Part shown: positions 7,269 through 18,364 of the stretch, in pieces | Position numbering within the stretch: position 1 is the first letter of the stretch | Layout of the letters: the number at the start of each line of letters is the position of its first letter | The notes under the pieces: generated by a model | What the model was told of the DNA's origin: nothing | The model's database searches: none | What the model saw: the letters and a program-made list of their open reading frames with translations, nothing else | Made by a program: the position numbers and the translations under genes | NCBI GenBank assembly: GCA_964528515.1 | Contig: CAZGTE010000001.1 | Span: 8,921-44,523 of the forward strand | Direction: 5' to 3' | Length of the DNA stretch: 35,603 nucleotides | Origin: an uncultured Candidatus Saccharibacteria bacterium | Lineage (GTDB): Bacteria > Patescibacteriota > Minisyncoccia > Phycocordibacterales > UBA2100

Positions 7269-10007
7269 CTAGGCAACCTGTATAGGCTCTAGGGGATTTA
7301 TAAGAGGCATCTTCTTAGCCTTTATTGCTATTTTAGTAGATGTTAACATTGGCAGATCTGGCAGAAGTGCATCAAATATAAATTCATCTTTATCTTTAGT
7401 GTCTATATCTACTGATACTCTTACCCTACTTGGCATACCTTCTTGTATAAGTATCTTAGAGAGAGGCGTCAGTATTTTACTCTCTATAAGTCTCTTAATT
7501 GGGCGCGCACCGTACTGTGGATCATATCCATCTTTCGCTATCTTACTTAATACTTTAGTTGATACCTGTAATGTAAGTCCATTGCCTTTTAGTCTATTCT
7601 TAACTTCGCTTATATGCATCTTAACTATCTTTTTAATATTTTCCTGATCTAATGAATTGAATATTAATGTCTCATCAATACGATTTAAGAATTCTGGCTT
7701 GAAGAAGTTTTTAAGGGCTGATTCTATTCTCTTCTTCTGTTCTTCTAATTCTGTATCTTTGTCTTTCTCATCTGTATTATTAAATCCAATTTTAGCAATA
7801 TTCTGCACATATTCTGCACCTAAGTTACTAGTCATTAATATTATTGTATTCTTGAAATTTACATTACGACCTTTGGCATCTGTGAGCATTCCATTATCTA
7901 ATACCTGTAAGAGTAGGTTGAATATGTCTGGATGAGCCTTCTCTATCTCATCAAAGAGTAGTACTGAATATGGTCTATGGCGCACTACTTCTGTGAGACT
8001 ACCACCCTCCTCATGACCAATGTATCCAGGGGGAGATCCAACCATCTTACTCATAGAGTGCTTCTCCATATACTCGCTCATATCTACTCTAATTAGAGAA
8101 TTTATATCATCAAATAAGAACTCTGCGAGCGCCTTGGCAAGCTCTGTCTTACCCACACCAGTGGGACCTAAGAATATGAATGAGCCGAGAGGACGATTAG
8201 GGTCTGCAATCCCTGTGCGCGCTCTTGCTACAGCATTACTTATACTCTCTATTGCCTCATCTTGCCCTATTATATTATCTTTAAGAGTTTCTTGCATTCG
8301 AGACAACTTACTGAGCTCTCCCTCTAACATCCTAGTGCTAGGCACTCCGGACACCTGTGCTACCACCTCTGCAATATCATTTTCATTTACTTCTTCTCTT
8401 ATTATCTGCCTATCTTTTTGAACCTTCTTTAATTCTAATATATTTTTGTCCAGATTATCTTTTAGTGCTGGGAGTGTAGAGTAACGCAATTCTGCTACAT
8501 ACTCTAGGTTTTGATTATTCTCACTTGTATCTGCTTCTTGAGAAAGGACTTCAATCTCTTTTTTAATCTTGCGTATGTCTAAATATAAACTTCTTTCAAG
8601 CTCCCATCTTATATTCAACTCTCTACTCTGCTCTTCTATGTCTGCTATTTGCTTCGTGATTTTGGTCTTACGAGTTTTAGCCTTCGTAATTCCAGCAAGA
8701 GCATCACTCCTAAGCGCCTTACTCTCTATCTCTAATCCTCTAATTTTCTTATGTGCATTCTGCAAGTCGTCTGGTTTATTCTCTAATGAAAGCCTCATAG
8801 TAGACATTGCCTCATCCATAGCATCTATAGCCTTGTCTGGTAAGTTTCGGTCTGTGATATATCGTACTGATAGATCTACTGCCGAGATGAGTGCTTGGTC
8901 TGTAATTCGTACACCATGATATATTTCATATTTCTCTTTTAGTCCTCGCAAGATTGTTAATGAATCCTCAATACTTGGCTCACTTACTTGCACAATTTGA
9001 AATCTACGCACAAGCGCAGCGTCCTTCTCTATATACTTCTGGTATTCGTCAGTAGTTGTCGCCCCTATTACGCGCATCTGACCTCTTGCAAGTGCTGGCT
9101 TGAGCATATTAGATGCGTCAAGAGAGTCACCAGCAGAGCCTGCTCCAACTATAGTATGGAGCTCATCTATAAATAATATTATCTGACCATTTGCTCGCTC
9201 TACTTCTTTCATTAATAATTTAAGCCTGTCTTCGAATTCTCCACGGAATTTAGTACCTGCGACAAGCATACCAATATCTAATGATACTAGTTCTTTATCC
9301 CTTAGGCTCTCTGGTACATCTCCATTTACCATTCTCTGCGCGAGCCCTTCGGCAATAGCGGTCTTACCTACACCTGCCTCTCCTATTAATATTGGATTAT
9401 TCTTCTTCCTTCTTGATAGGATTTTAATTGTCCGTTCTATCTCTGAGTCCCTACCTATTACTGGATCTAGCTTATTCTCACTTGCGAGCTTAGTTAATGA
9501 GCGAGTATATTTTGCTACTGCTCTATTTTGTTTTGGTAGGTCAGTTTTACTTATCTCTCCTTTCTTCATTGAGGTGTAGACATCAATAACTTCTTGTCTA
9601 TTAATATTAAAATCTTTCCAAATATTAATTGTATTAGCTGGATAGTCTAGTAAGGTTATGAATATATGCTCAGTAGAGGCGAAGCCGTCTCCCATAGACT
9701 CTGCTAATTTTATTGATCCCTCTATTATCTGCACAGTCTCTGGTGTGAGATAAATCTGGAATGATGGAGATATGACACCACCCATATTACCCTCTAGTGC
9801 ATCATCTACCTCCTCTCCCATGGCAATAGTATCTACTTTCATATACTCTAATATTGTAAGTACCGCACTCTCATCTTGAGTCATCATAGCTGTTAGTAAG
9901 TGTATCGGAGTGACCTGAGTCTTATTGCGTTCTATAGCAACTTGGTGGGCCTTATGTATTACCTCTTTTGCCTTAGTTGTAAATTTGTGAAATCCTGATT
10001 CATTCAT
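7269..10007 (-). CDS. clpB: AAA+ disaggregase ClpB
   Basis: Clp N-domain. Two Walker A sites (GEAGVGKTAIAEGLA, GPTGVGKTELAKALA). A long coiled-coil middle domain lies between the NBDs. Confidence 0.93.
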   Translation of the reverse strand: MNESGFHKFTTKAKEVIHKAHQVAIERNKTQVTPIHLLTAMMTQDESAVLTILEYMKVDTIAMGEEVDDALEGNMGGVISPSFQIYLTPETVQIIEGSIKLAESMGDGFASTEHIFITLLDYPANTINIWKDFNINRQEVIDVYTSMKKGEISKTDLPKQNRAVAKYTRSLTKLASENKLDPVIGRDSEIERTIKILSRRKKNNPILIGEAGVGKTAIAEGLAQRMVNGDVPESLRDKELVSLDIGMLVAGTKFRGEFEDRLKLLMKEVERANGQIILFIDELHTIVGAGSAGDSLDASNMLKPALARGQMRVIGATTTDEYQKYIEKDAALVRRFQIVQVSEPSIEDSLTILRGLKEKYEIYHGVRITDQALISAVDLSVRYITDRNLPDKAIDAMDEAMSTMRLSLENKPDDLQNAHKKIRGLEIESKALRSDALAGITKAKTRKTKITKQIADIEEQSRELNIRWELERSLYLDIRKIKKEIEVLSQEADTSENNQNLEYVAELRYSTLPALKDNLDKNILELKKVQKDRQIIREEVNENDIAEVVAQVSGVPSTRMLEGELSKLSRMQETLKDNIIGQDEAIESISNAVARARTGIADPNRPLGSFIFLGPTGVGKTELAKALAEFLFDDINSLIRVDMSEYMEKHSMSKMVGSPPGYIGHEEGGSLTEVVRHRPYSVLLFDEIEKAHPDIFNLLLQVLDNGMLTDAKGRNVNFKNTIILMTSNLGAEYVQNIAKIGFNNTDEKDKDTELEEQKKRIESALKNFFKPEFLNRIDETLIFNSLDQENIKKIVKMHISEVKNRLKGNGLTLQVSTKVLSKIAKDGYDPQYGARPIKRLIESKILTPLSKILIQEGMPSRVRVSVDIDTKDKDEFIFDALLPDLPMLTSTKIAIKAKKMPLINPLEPIQVA

Positions 10008-10042
10008 ATTAAATATTTTATACCTATATATTGCACTATATA

Positions 10043-11092
10043 TTACTGATTGTCTATATATCTACTCTTCTTTACTAAATGCTCTGCATAAGTACGGGTA
10101 AAGTGTGTCTTACCATAACTATCTGCAAGGAAGAATATCCAATCACTATCATATGAGTATACAGTCGCCCTTAGTGCTGCCATCGATGGAGAGACTAGTG
10201 GCTTGGGTGGTAAGCCTTTATGTATATATGTATTGTACGGTGAGTCATATTTTAGATCTGCAAGAGTAAGATCAAATGTTGTCTTACCCATAATGTATAT
10301 AAATGATACATCCACCTGTAGGGGCATATCAATCTCTAGCCTATTTAATAGTACACCTGCTATCTTTCGCCTGTCTTCATATATACTAGCTTCAAGCTCT
10401 ACTATTGATGCTAATATTACTATCTCATGCATTGAATATCCTGTCTTTTTTGCAGTTTCAGCTATCTCTGCAAAATGCTTATGGAAATTGTCTTTCATCG
10501 CTCCAACTACCTGACTCTCTGATGTATTAGGAAGGAAATAATATGTATCAGGGAATAGATATCCCTCACTATCACTTACCATCTCTAAGAACTTTTCTTT
10601 ATCAAATTTCAATAACCTGTCTTCTAATACCTTAGCTACATCACGCACTGTGCTTCCTTCGCGGATCCGAACTCTAACAGGTTCTAATCCAAATGTTCCT
10701 GTGCTTAATCTTTTAATAACTTCTAACACATTAATTTCAGATTTGAATATATAATCACCAGAGCGCATACTCTTCTCAACTCCATAAATCCTTGCTATGG
10801 CTCTCATAGCAAGACCGTTGCGTATCACTCCTTGCCTCTCTAGGCTTTCTGTTATATTTGCTAAGCTCTGTCCCCTCTCTACATTCACTAATGTATTAGT
10901 GGGAAAATTATATGGAGCTCTTATAGACGACATATAAAATATAACTCCAGATACTAAAAAAATTATTATTAATATATTCACAACTTTATTTACACCCCCA
11001 TTCCAATATGCTCGTACTCTATCTAATATCTTACGCATTCTCTCCTTGCCTCCGGCAAGGTCTGCAAATATATCTGTGTTATTATCTTTCAT
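10043..11092 (-). CDS. mltG: Endolytic murein transglycosylase MltG (YceG-like)
   Basis: One N-terminal TM plus the YceG core, including ILASIVELEA and LPPKPLVSPS. Start trimmed to ATG 11092 to remove the overlap with the upstream gene. Confidence 0.85.
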   Translation of the reverse strand: MKDNNTDIFADLAGGKERMRKILDRVRAYWNGGVNKVVNILIIIFLVSGVIFYMSSIRAPYNFPTNTLVNVERGQSLANITESLERQGVIRNGLAMRAIARIYGVEKSMRSGDYIFKSEINVLEVIKRLSTGTFGLEPVRVRIREGSTVRDVAKVLEDRLLKFDKEKFLEMVSDSEGYLFPDTYYFLPNTSESQVVGAMKDNFHKHFAEIAETAKKTGYSMHEIVILASIVELEASIYEDRRKIAGVLLNRLEIDMPLQVDVSFIYIMGKTTFDLTLADLKYDSPYNTYIHKGLPPKPLVSPSMAALRATVYSYDSDWIFFLADSYGKTHFTRTYAEHLVKKSRYIDNQ

Positions 11093-11111
11093 TATTTTAA
11101 TAATTATATTA

Positions 11112-12437
11112 CTATCCTGTTGGTAAATTTGATGGCGGTATTGCTGACTTAGACTGACTCTTCTGCATCCCAGGTATCTTACTCTCTTCACTAGGGAAGT
11201 GGAATATGGTTGATAACTCTTCGGTAGTCAGAGTTATGGAAGGTCTTACAAATGGTACATTAAATCCGCTGCGTAAGCGATAGGCACTAATGAAGTCTTT
11301 AAGTATATTATCTAAATTAGGTAATGTAAACTTCTCCCAAGGATAATCTCCTCCTTTAGCAGCTCCTACAAATGGCTTAAGTGAGTTAAATCCATCATAA
11401 TAATTAAACATCTTACCTATAGACTGTATGCGCAATGGTTGCATATGCTCACGATCTGCAATATACAAACTCCTTATCACGCAGTCAAATGTTGGCTTCT
11501 TACTAGCCCTCTGTATTGCCTCCACCTTCTCTCTCTCGCTTGGTAGCAGCATAGGGAAGCCTTGAACCTTCTCATCAGACCCATCCATCGCTGGATACTC
11601 TGGGGTCTTGTCTTTGTAGATTTTTACTATCATCTTCTCTGCATCTCCTGCTACATCTTTATCAGATTTCTGAAATAATATCTGCAACCACATCTGCTCA
11701 CCTTGCTTAGGTAATGCAAACTTCTCTAGAATATTTACCATTGGGTCTATCTTAGTCTCCCATTTGTCTGCATTCTCGTGTAATCCATAATCAAAATATG
11801 TCTTTATTGGTAGAGATTCGTCTTCTTCAAGCTTAAATCTATTACCCAAAGCAAAGTGCTTCTTAGGGTCATAATCTATATTAGTGGAATAATCCTCTAC
11901 AGCTACCATCTCAACTTCAGGAAATTGTGCGTAGAGTTGCGCCTCGACATGTTCTGTAAATCTCTTCCAACACCATAAGTACATTTTAACCTCTCCATTT
12001 ATACCTGTAATCTCTACACTCCACCATGGACGAACCTTACCGTGCCAATACTTATCAAATTCTGTGGAAGTGCCTTGAGATAATAATAATCCTGAGAAGA
12101 ATAACTCCATAGCAGCTGGGGACTTGGTAATACTCTTGGGCACAATTAGCTCATAGAGTTGTGAATCTTGCTTTGGATTAGCTAGGAACTTCAGATTTAT
12201 ATATTCCATCCATAATTCCCATATCTTGGTGACGAGTACATATGTAAGCCATATTGGAGACAGTAATATTAGTACGATACCTACCATCTTAGCTCCTTCA
12301 ATATTGAGTATAAATAACGGAGCTAGAGTAAGGGCTAGTAGTATATAAAGCGTGTGTCCTGACTGTATATCATGCTCTGTTGCATAATCATACACCTTCT
12401 TATAAGTACCCTTAATCCCACTAAACAAAAAATTCAT
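11112..12437 (-). CDS. Hypothetical membrane-anchored protein (two N-terminal TMs plus a ~350-aa soluble domain)
   Basis: 441-aa intact ORF with protein-like composition. Has its own extended -10. No catalytic motif recognised. Confidence 0.7.
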   Translation of the reverse strand: MNFLFSGIKGTYKKVYDYATEHDIQSGHTLYILLALTLAPLFILNIEGAKMVGIVLILLSPIWLTYVLVTKIWELWMEYINLKFLANPKQDSQLYELIVPKSITKSPAAMELFFSGLLLSQGTSTEFDKYWHGKVRPWWSVEITGINGEVKMYLWCWKRFTEHVEAQLYAQFPEVEMVAVEDYSTNIDYDPKKHFALGNRFKLEEDESLPIKTYFDYGLHENADKWETKIDPMVNILEKFALPKQGEQMWLQILFQKSDKDVAGDAEKMIVKIYKDKTPEYPAMDGSDEKVQGFPMLLPSEREKVEAIQRASKKPTFDCVIRSLYIADREHMQPLRIQSIGKMFNYYDGFNSLKPFVGAAKGGDYPWEKFTLPNLDNILKDFISAYRLRSGFNVPFVRPSITLTTEELSTIFHFPSEESKIPGMQKSQSKSAIPPSNLPTG

Positions 12438-12443
12438 AATACA

Positions 12444-12452
12444 ATAATACCA
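12444..12452 (-). promoter_or_regulatory. Extended -10 promoter TGGTATTAT, 6 nt before ATG 12437
   Basis: Minus strand TGGTATTAT, then TGTATT, then ATG. Located in the 20-nt prfB-ORF441 spacer. Confidence 0.45.
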
Positions 12453-12457
12453 TATTA

Positions 12458-13327
12458 CTACTCTAAAAAGATACCAATATCACCATCAAGAACACTGTCC
12501 ACATTACTAGTCTCTATATCATTTATATGACTTTTGACCTTCTTATACGGATGCAGTACATAGCTGCGCATTTGGCTACCCCAAGAGTTATCTACCTCAC
12601 TACTTATCGTTAGACCTTTCTCTTCTTTTATCCTGTCTTCTTCTTGTTTTTTATATAACTTACCTAAGAGCTGTGCCATTGCCTTATCTCTATTTACTTG
12701 TTGACTACGACCCTCTGTACACTTGACACTTATACCTGTTGGTAAATGCTTGATGCGTACAGCAGTCTCCACCTTATTAACATTCTGCCCTCCTGCACCA
12801 CCACTGCGCGCAAAGCTAATCTCTAAGTCGCTCTCTGATAAGTCTATGTCTGGCAAGTCTTTAAGCTCTGGCACTATCTCCACCATAGCGAAGCTCGTTT
12901 GTCGTTTACCTTTAGCATTAAATGGAGATATACGCACAAGCCTATGCACTCCGCTCTCTCCTTTGAGCTTGCCATAAGTACCAGCTCCGATAATAGAAAA
13001 AGACACACTCCTATACCCCGCTGAGCTAGTAGTACTACCTAACAACTCAACAACCAAGTCCGACTTAGTTGCCCACCTCTCATACATGCGCTTGAGCATA
13101 GTTACAAAGTCCTCAGAGTCGTCACCACCAGCACCTGCCATAATAGTCACAATTGCATTGTTCTTACCGTACTTATCACCACCCTTTAACTCTTCTTTAA
13201 GTGACTGGTACTCTGCCATTATGCCCTGCGCTTTTTGTGAGTCATTCCAAAAGTCTGTTGCTGTCATCTGCTCTTCAATCTCTTTTATTTGTTTCTTTAT
13301 TTTATCTTTGTGCTTATTGTCTTGCAT
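12458..13327 (-). CDS. prfB: Peptide chain release factor 2 (short form, single ORF)
   Basis: RF2-specific SPF tripeptide ([16 protein letters not shown]) and GGQ ([17 protein letters not shown]). 289 aa, with domain 1 much shorter than in E. coli RF2. Confidence 0.9.
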   Translation of the reverse strand: MQDNKHKDKIKKQIKEIEEQMTATDFWNDSQKAQGIMAEYQSLKEELKGGDKYGKNNAIVTIMAGAGGDDSEDFVTMLKRMYERWATKSDLVVELLGSTTSSAGYRSVSFSIIGAGTYGKLKGESGVHRLVRISPFNAKGKRQTSFAMVEIVPELKDLPDIDLSESDLEISFARSGGAGGQNVNKVETAVRIKHLPTGISVKCTEGRSQQVNRDKAMAQLLGKLYKKQEEDRIKEEKGLTISSEVDNSWGSQMRSYVLHPYKKVKSHINDIETSNVDSVLDGDIGIFLE

Positions 13328-13349
13328 AATCAGTTTTGTTTGTTATTAT
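13322..13349 (+). promoter_or_regulatory. Strong plus-strand promoter: -35 TTGCAT, 16-nt spacer, extended -10 TGTTATTAT
   Basis: TTGCAT 13322-13327 overlaps the complement of the prfB start codon. TGTTATTAT is at 13341-13349. Predicted TSS is near G13356. Confidence 0.5.
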
Positions 13350-13355
13350 ATATAT

Positions 13356-13451
13356 GTACCTGTGGGCGTAAGCCCCTTTCGGTCATGAGTACTCTAAACC
13401 GACGAGCAGGTACCTCAAAGCACATCAACTTACTGTTGGTGTTTTTTGTTT
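13356..13451 (+). ncRNA. Candidate ~96-nt structured small RNA of unknown class
   Basis: Three-way junction. P1 is GUACCUG 13356-62 / CAGGUAC 13407-13. P2 is GGGC-GUAA-GCCC 13364-75, with a GNRA loop only on the plus strand. P3 is UCGGU 13379-83 / ACCGA 13398-402, with a 14-nt loop holding the palindrome GAGUACUC. An intrinsic terminator follows. Confidence 0.45.
13422..13451 (+). terminator. Rho-independent terminator (plus strand)
   Basis: 8-bp stem ACAUCAAC / GUUGGUGU with one G-U pair that becomes an A-C mismatch on the minus strand. 5-nt loop UUACU, then UUUUUGUUU. Overlaps the last codons of the minus-strand ORF135. Confidence 0.5.
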
Positions 13452-13832
13452 CCTATTTCTCAATCGCATTACGCTAAAGAAATATATCCTACCACTGTCA
13501 ACTTGACGCAAAATAACCTTTACCACCGTATTAGATTTACCAACAGACATGATAAGTGCCCAGTACCTTGTCCTTTTATTACCGACCAAGCGCGTTTCCT
13601 CTGTAGAATCTTTAGCAGATTTAATGACTGGAATTACAAGAGGTAATAAGCTTAATTTACTATATTCTTCTTTTGTGGGACGCTTTTTACGTGTGCCATC
13701 GTATCTTAAATGGAATAGCCCATCTGCATTAAAATACACATCAACATCTAATATATTACAAAAGACAGGACTACGAATATTTTTATACAAAGACTTCATC
13801 TCTATTCGTAATTCTTTTATATCTTTTTGCAT
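13425..13832 (-). CDS. Hypothetical basic 135-aa protein
   Basis: Intact ORF with Lys/Arg-rich, protein-like composition. 16-nt overlap with the upstream RNHCP gene. Ends in TGA. Family not recognised. Confidence 0.6.
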   Translation of the reverse strand: MQKDIKELRIEMKSLYKNIRSPVFCNILDVDVYFNADGLFHLRYDGTRKKRPTKEEYSKLSLLPLVIPVIKSAKDSTEETRLVGNKRTRYWALIMSVGKSNTVVKVILRQVDSGRIYFFSVMRLRNRKQKTPTVS

Positions 13833-14119
13833 GTGTCAATAAGTATATCAAAGTTATCATTCTTAGCTACTTTATTTAATTTTATATGTCCGCATTTTTC
13901 ACACTTGTGTTTTATTATATATGCATCACCTTTAGTCTGCACTTCTACAGGCTTCATTAATCCTCCACAACTCTCTAGCGCAAGCCTGTCACCAGGGTTT
14001 ATATCTACATGCCTGCTCCACAAGCACTCTCTACAATGATTAGTATACCCATTACCAATATTCTCTAGTCCGCAGTGCTGGCAAGTAAAATCCTCCTTAT
14101 TTTTTATAAACTTTTTCAT
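13817..14119 (-). CDS. RNHCP-domain zinc-ribbon protein
   Basis: FTCQHCG...GNGYTNHCRECLWSRHVDINPGDR...CGGLM.P...CEKCGH matches the RNHCP family pattern as I remember it (function unknown). The ATG directly abuts the atpC stop codon. Confidence 0.65.
   Translation of the reverse strand: MKKFIKNKEDFTCQHCGLENIGNGYTNHCRECLWSRHVDINPGDRLALESCGGLMKPVEVQTKGDAYIIKHKCEKCGHIKLNKVAKNDNFDILIDTCKKI
13842..13850 (-). promoter_or_regulatory. Extended -10-like element TGATATACT, 9 nt before ORF135 ATG
   Basis: Lies inside the 3' end of the RNHCP gene. Possible internal promoter. Confidence 0.3.
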
Positions 14120-14365
14120 TTACATAAGTACGACAACTCTATTATTTGCCACCTCTAGTATCCCTTTTTCTATTTTAAACTTTTCTCCATTTTTGTCTGA
14201 CTCTGTTTTAATTACTATGGTTCCAGAATTAAGAGTAGATATAAGCGGTGCGTGGTCCTTAAGCACCTCCATCTGACCATCTACACCAGGTACTGATATA
14301 CTGGAAGCTTCTCCTTCAAACTTGGTCTCTGATACTGACGATACTGTTAGATGAAAAGTTTTCAT
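14120..14365 (-). CDS. atpC: F1 ATP synthase epsilon subunit (N-terminal beta-sandwich only)
   Basis: Position after atpD. 81 aa with the typical start (L.V.S....F.GE...V..PG..G...VL..HAP) but no C-terminal helical hairpin. Confidence 0.8.
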   Translation of the reverse strand: MKTFHLTVSSVSETKFEGEASSISVPGVDGQMEVLKDHAPLISTLNSGTIVIKTESDKNGEKFKIEKGILEVANNRVVVLM

Positions 14366-14367
14366 AA

Positions 14368-16721
<2,354 letters not shown>

Positions 16722-16755
16722 CTTAAGTTGTTAGTTTATAGTTATTAGTTGTTAG

Positions 16756-18324
16756 TTATCCCAACTCAAATAAATCCTTATTTGCTACCTCAAATATTCC
16801 CAATGCTTTCTTTAATTGTTCTTCACTCTCCTCAGTAATATTCCTGTCTTTTGTGACTGCATCTATTAGAGATGCCTGTTGTTCAATTAAAAAATCTTGT
16901 AATTTATTATTTGCTTCTACCATCTTATTAACTGGAACCTTATCTAAAAAGCCGTTTATTCCAGAATATATAATAAGAGATTGCAAGGCAAAATGTATTG
17001 GTGAACCATTCTTCTGCTTAAGTAACTCTGTAAGTCTACGCCCTGAATCTATGCGCTTTTTAGTAGACTCGTCTAGATCTTGTGCGAATTGCATAAATGC
17101 CTCAAGCTCACGAAATTGAGCAAGCTCAACTCGCATAGATCCACCTACCTTCTTCATTGCTTTGGTTTGTGCCGAGCTACCAACTCTAGATACTGAATTA
17201 CCAACATCAATTGCAGGCATCAATCCCTGATTAAATAGTCCGGAGTCCAATGCTATTTGCCCATCGGTAATAGAAATTACATTAGTAGGTATATAAGCCG
17301 AAACATCTCCTTCTTGAGTTTCTATAATTGGTAATGCTGTTAGTGATCCTCCTCCCAACTTGTCATTTAGTCTAGCTGCTCTCTCTAGTAATCGTGAGTG
17401 TAGATAAAATATATCTCCAGGATAAGCCTCTCGACCAGGTGGTCGTCTAAGTAGTAGCGACAGCTCACGATATGCTACGGCCTGCTTAGATAAGTCATCA
17501 TATACTATAAGTGCATCGCGTCCAGAATCCATGAAGAACTCTCCTATAGCAGCTCCAGAAAACGGAGCCAAGAATTGCATTGAAGCCGATGCGGATGCAG
17601 ATGCGGTCACGACTATTGTATACTCCATTGCTCCAGCATTCTCTAACTGTTGTACAATTCTTGCTGTCTTAGATTCCTTCTGACCAATTGCTACATATAT
17701 ACATAGTGGTCTGGTTTCTTTAGGTTCATTTTTTTGATTTATTATAGAGTCAATTGCTATTGTTGTCTTTCCTGTAAATCTATCTCCAATTATAAGCTCT
17801 CTTTGACCACGACCAATAGGCACCATTGCATCAATTGCCTTAATTCCAGTATGTAATGGTTCATTTACAGCTGAGCGGTCTAATACGCCATAAGCCTCTC
17901 TTTCTATTGGATTAAATTGCTCACTTTTAATATCTCCCTTACCATCTACAGGCTCACCAAGAGCATTTACAACTCTACCAAGCATTGCATCTCCAACAGG
18001 TATAGACAGAGTTCTACCTGTAGACCTAGCCAACATTCCCTCAGTAATAAGATTTGCATCTCCCAAGATGACTGTCTTAACTATATCTTCTTCAAGATTA
18101 AGAACGAGTCCATATAATACATTCTTATTATTCATAGCGTCTTCTAATGTTTTATCATCAGAGCTATCGAAGAGTATCATCTCCATCATTTTGGCATTAT
18201 ACAGACCATCAATCTCAGCTACACCGTCTCCAACACTTGTAACCCTGCCTACTTCTTGAGAATCTACCGATGTATCTATTCCCTCTATCTCCCTCTTTAT
18301 CTTTTCTATAATTGTACTGTCCAT
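16756..18324 (-). CDS. atpA: F1 ATP synthase alpha subunit
   Basis: P-loop GDRFTGKTT. Conserved throughout. Confidence 0.97.
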   Translation of the reverse strand: MDSTIIEKIKREIEGIDTSVDSQEVGRVTSVGDGVAEIDGLYNAKMMEMILFDSSDDKTLEDAMNNKNVLYGLVLNLEEDIVKTVILGDANLITEGMLARSTGRTLSIPVGDAMLGRVVNALGEPVDGKGDIKSEQFNPIEREAYGVLDRSAVNEPLHTGIKAIDAMVPIGRGQRELIIGDRFTGKTTIAIDSIINQKNEPKETRPLCIYVAIGQKESKTARIVQQLENAGAMEYTIVVTASASASASMQFLAPFSGAAIGEFFMDSGRDALIVYDDLSKQAVAYRELSLLLRRPPGREAYPGDIFYLHSRLLERAARLNDKLGGGSLTALPIIETQEGDVSAYIPTNVISITDGQIALDSGLFNQGLMPAIDVGNSVSRVGSSAQTKAMKKVGGSMRVELAQFRELEAFMQFAQDLDESTKKRIDSGRRLTELLKQKNGSPIHFALQSLIIYSGINGFLDKVPVNKMVEANNKLQDFLIEQQASLIDAVTKDRNITEESEEQLKKALGIFEVANKDLFELG

Positions 18325-18364
18325 ATAATACTCTTTTAATAATTTATTAATAACTAATTCTTGT

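Noticed and set aside
7269-10007. Checked large conserved genes (clpB, xfp, atpA, atpD, pyrG, ftsH) for inteins or inserted domains
   Set aside because: Their lengths are close to canonical, and the conserved motifs occur in uninterrupted order. ClpB has only a ~50-aa C-terminal tail with no recognisable motif.
13330-13386. 18-codon minus-strand ORF ([18 protein letters not shown]) ending in TGA just upstream of prfB, considered as the first exon of a programmed RF2 frameshift
   Set aside because: The frame relation to prfB is -1/+2, not +1. No CUU UGA C slippery context is present. The peptide does not resemble an RF2 N-terminus. The sequence is better explained by the structured element on the opposite strand.
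13356-13413. Tested whether the 58-nt element with a 7-bp closing stem is a tRNA, hammerhead, twister or known small riboswitch
   Set aside because: It is too short for a tRNA and lacks D/T-arm features. On the minus strand CUCAUGA...GAAA superficially recalls the hammerhead core, but there is no stem II between the boxes and no U-H cleavage context. No ACGR loops (guanidine-II) or preQ1/fluoride consensus were seen. It is kept as an unclassified candidate RNA instead.
13289-13477. 62-aa plus-strand ORF spanning the candidate sRNA (and its internal 30-aa ATG 13385 version)
   Set aside because: It reads straight through the predicted terminator hairpin and overlaps prfB and ORF135 coding sequence. 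It has a hydrophobic junk-like composition. The ATG at 13354 right after the -10 opens only a 5-codon ORF.
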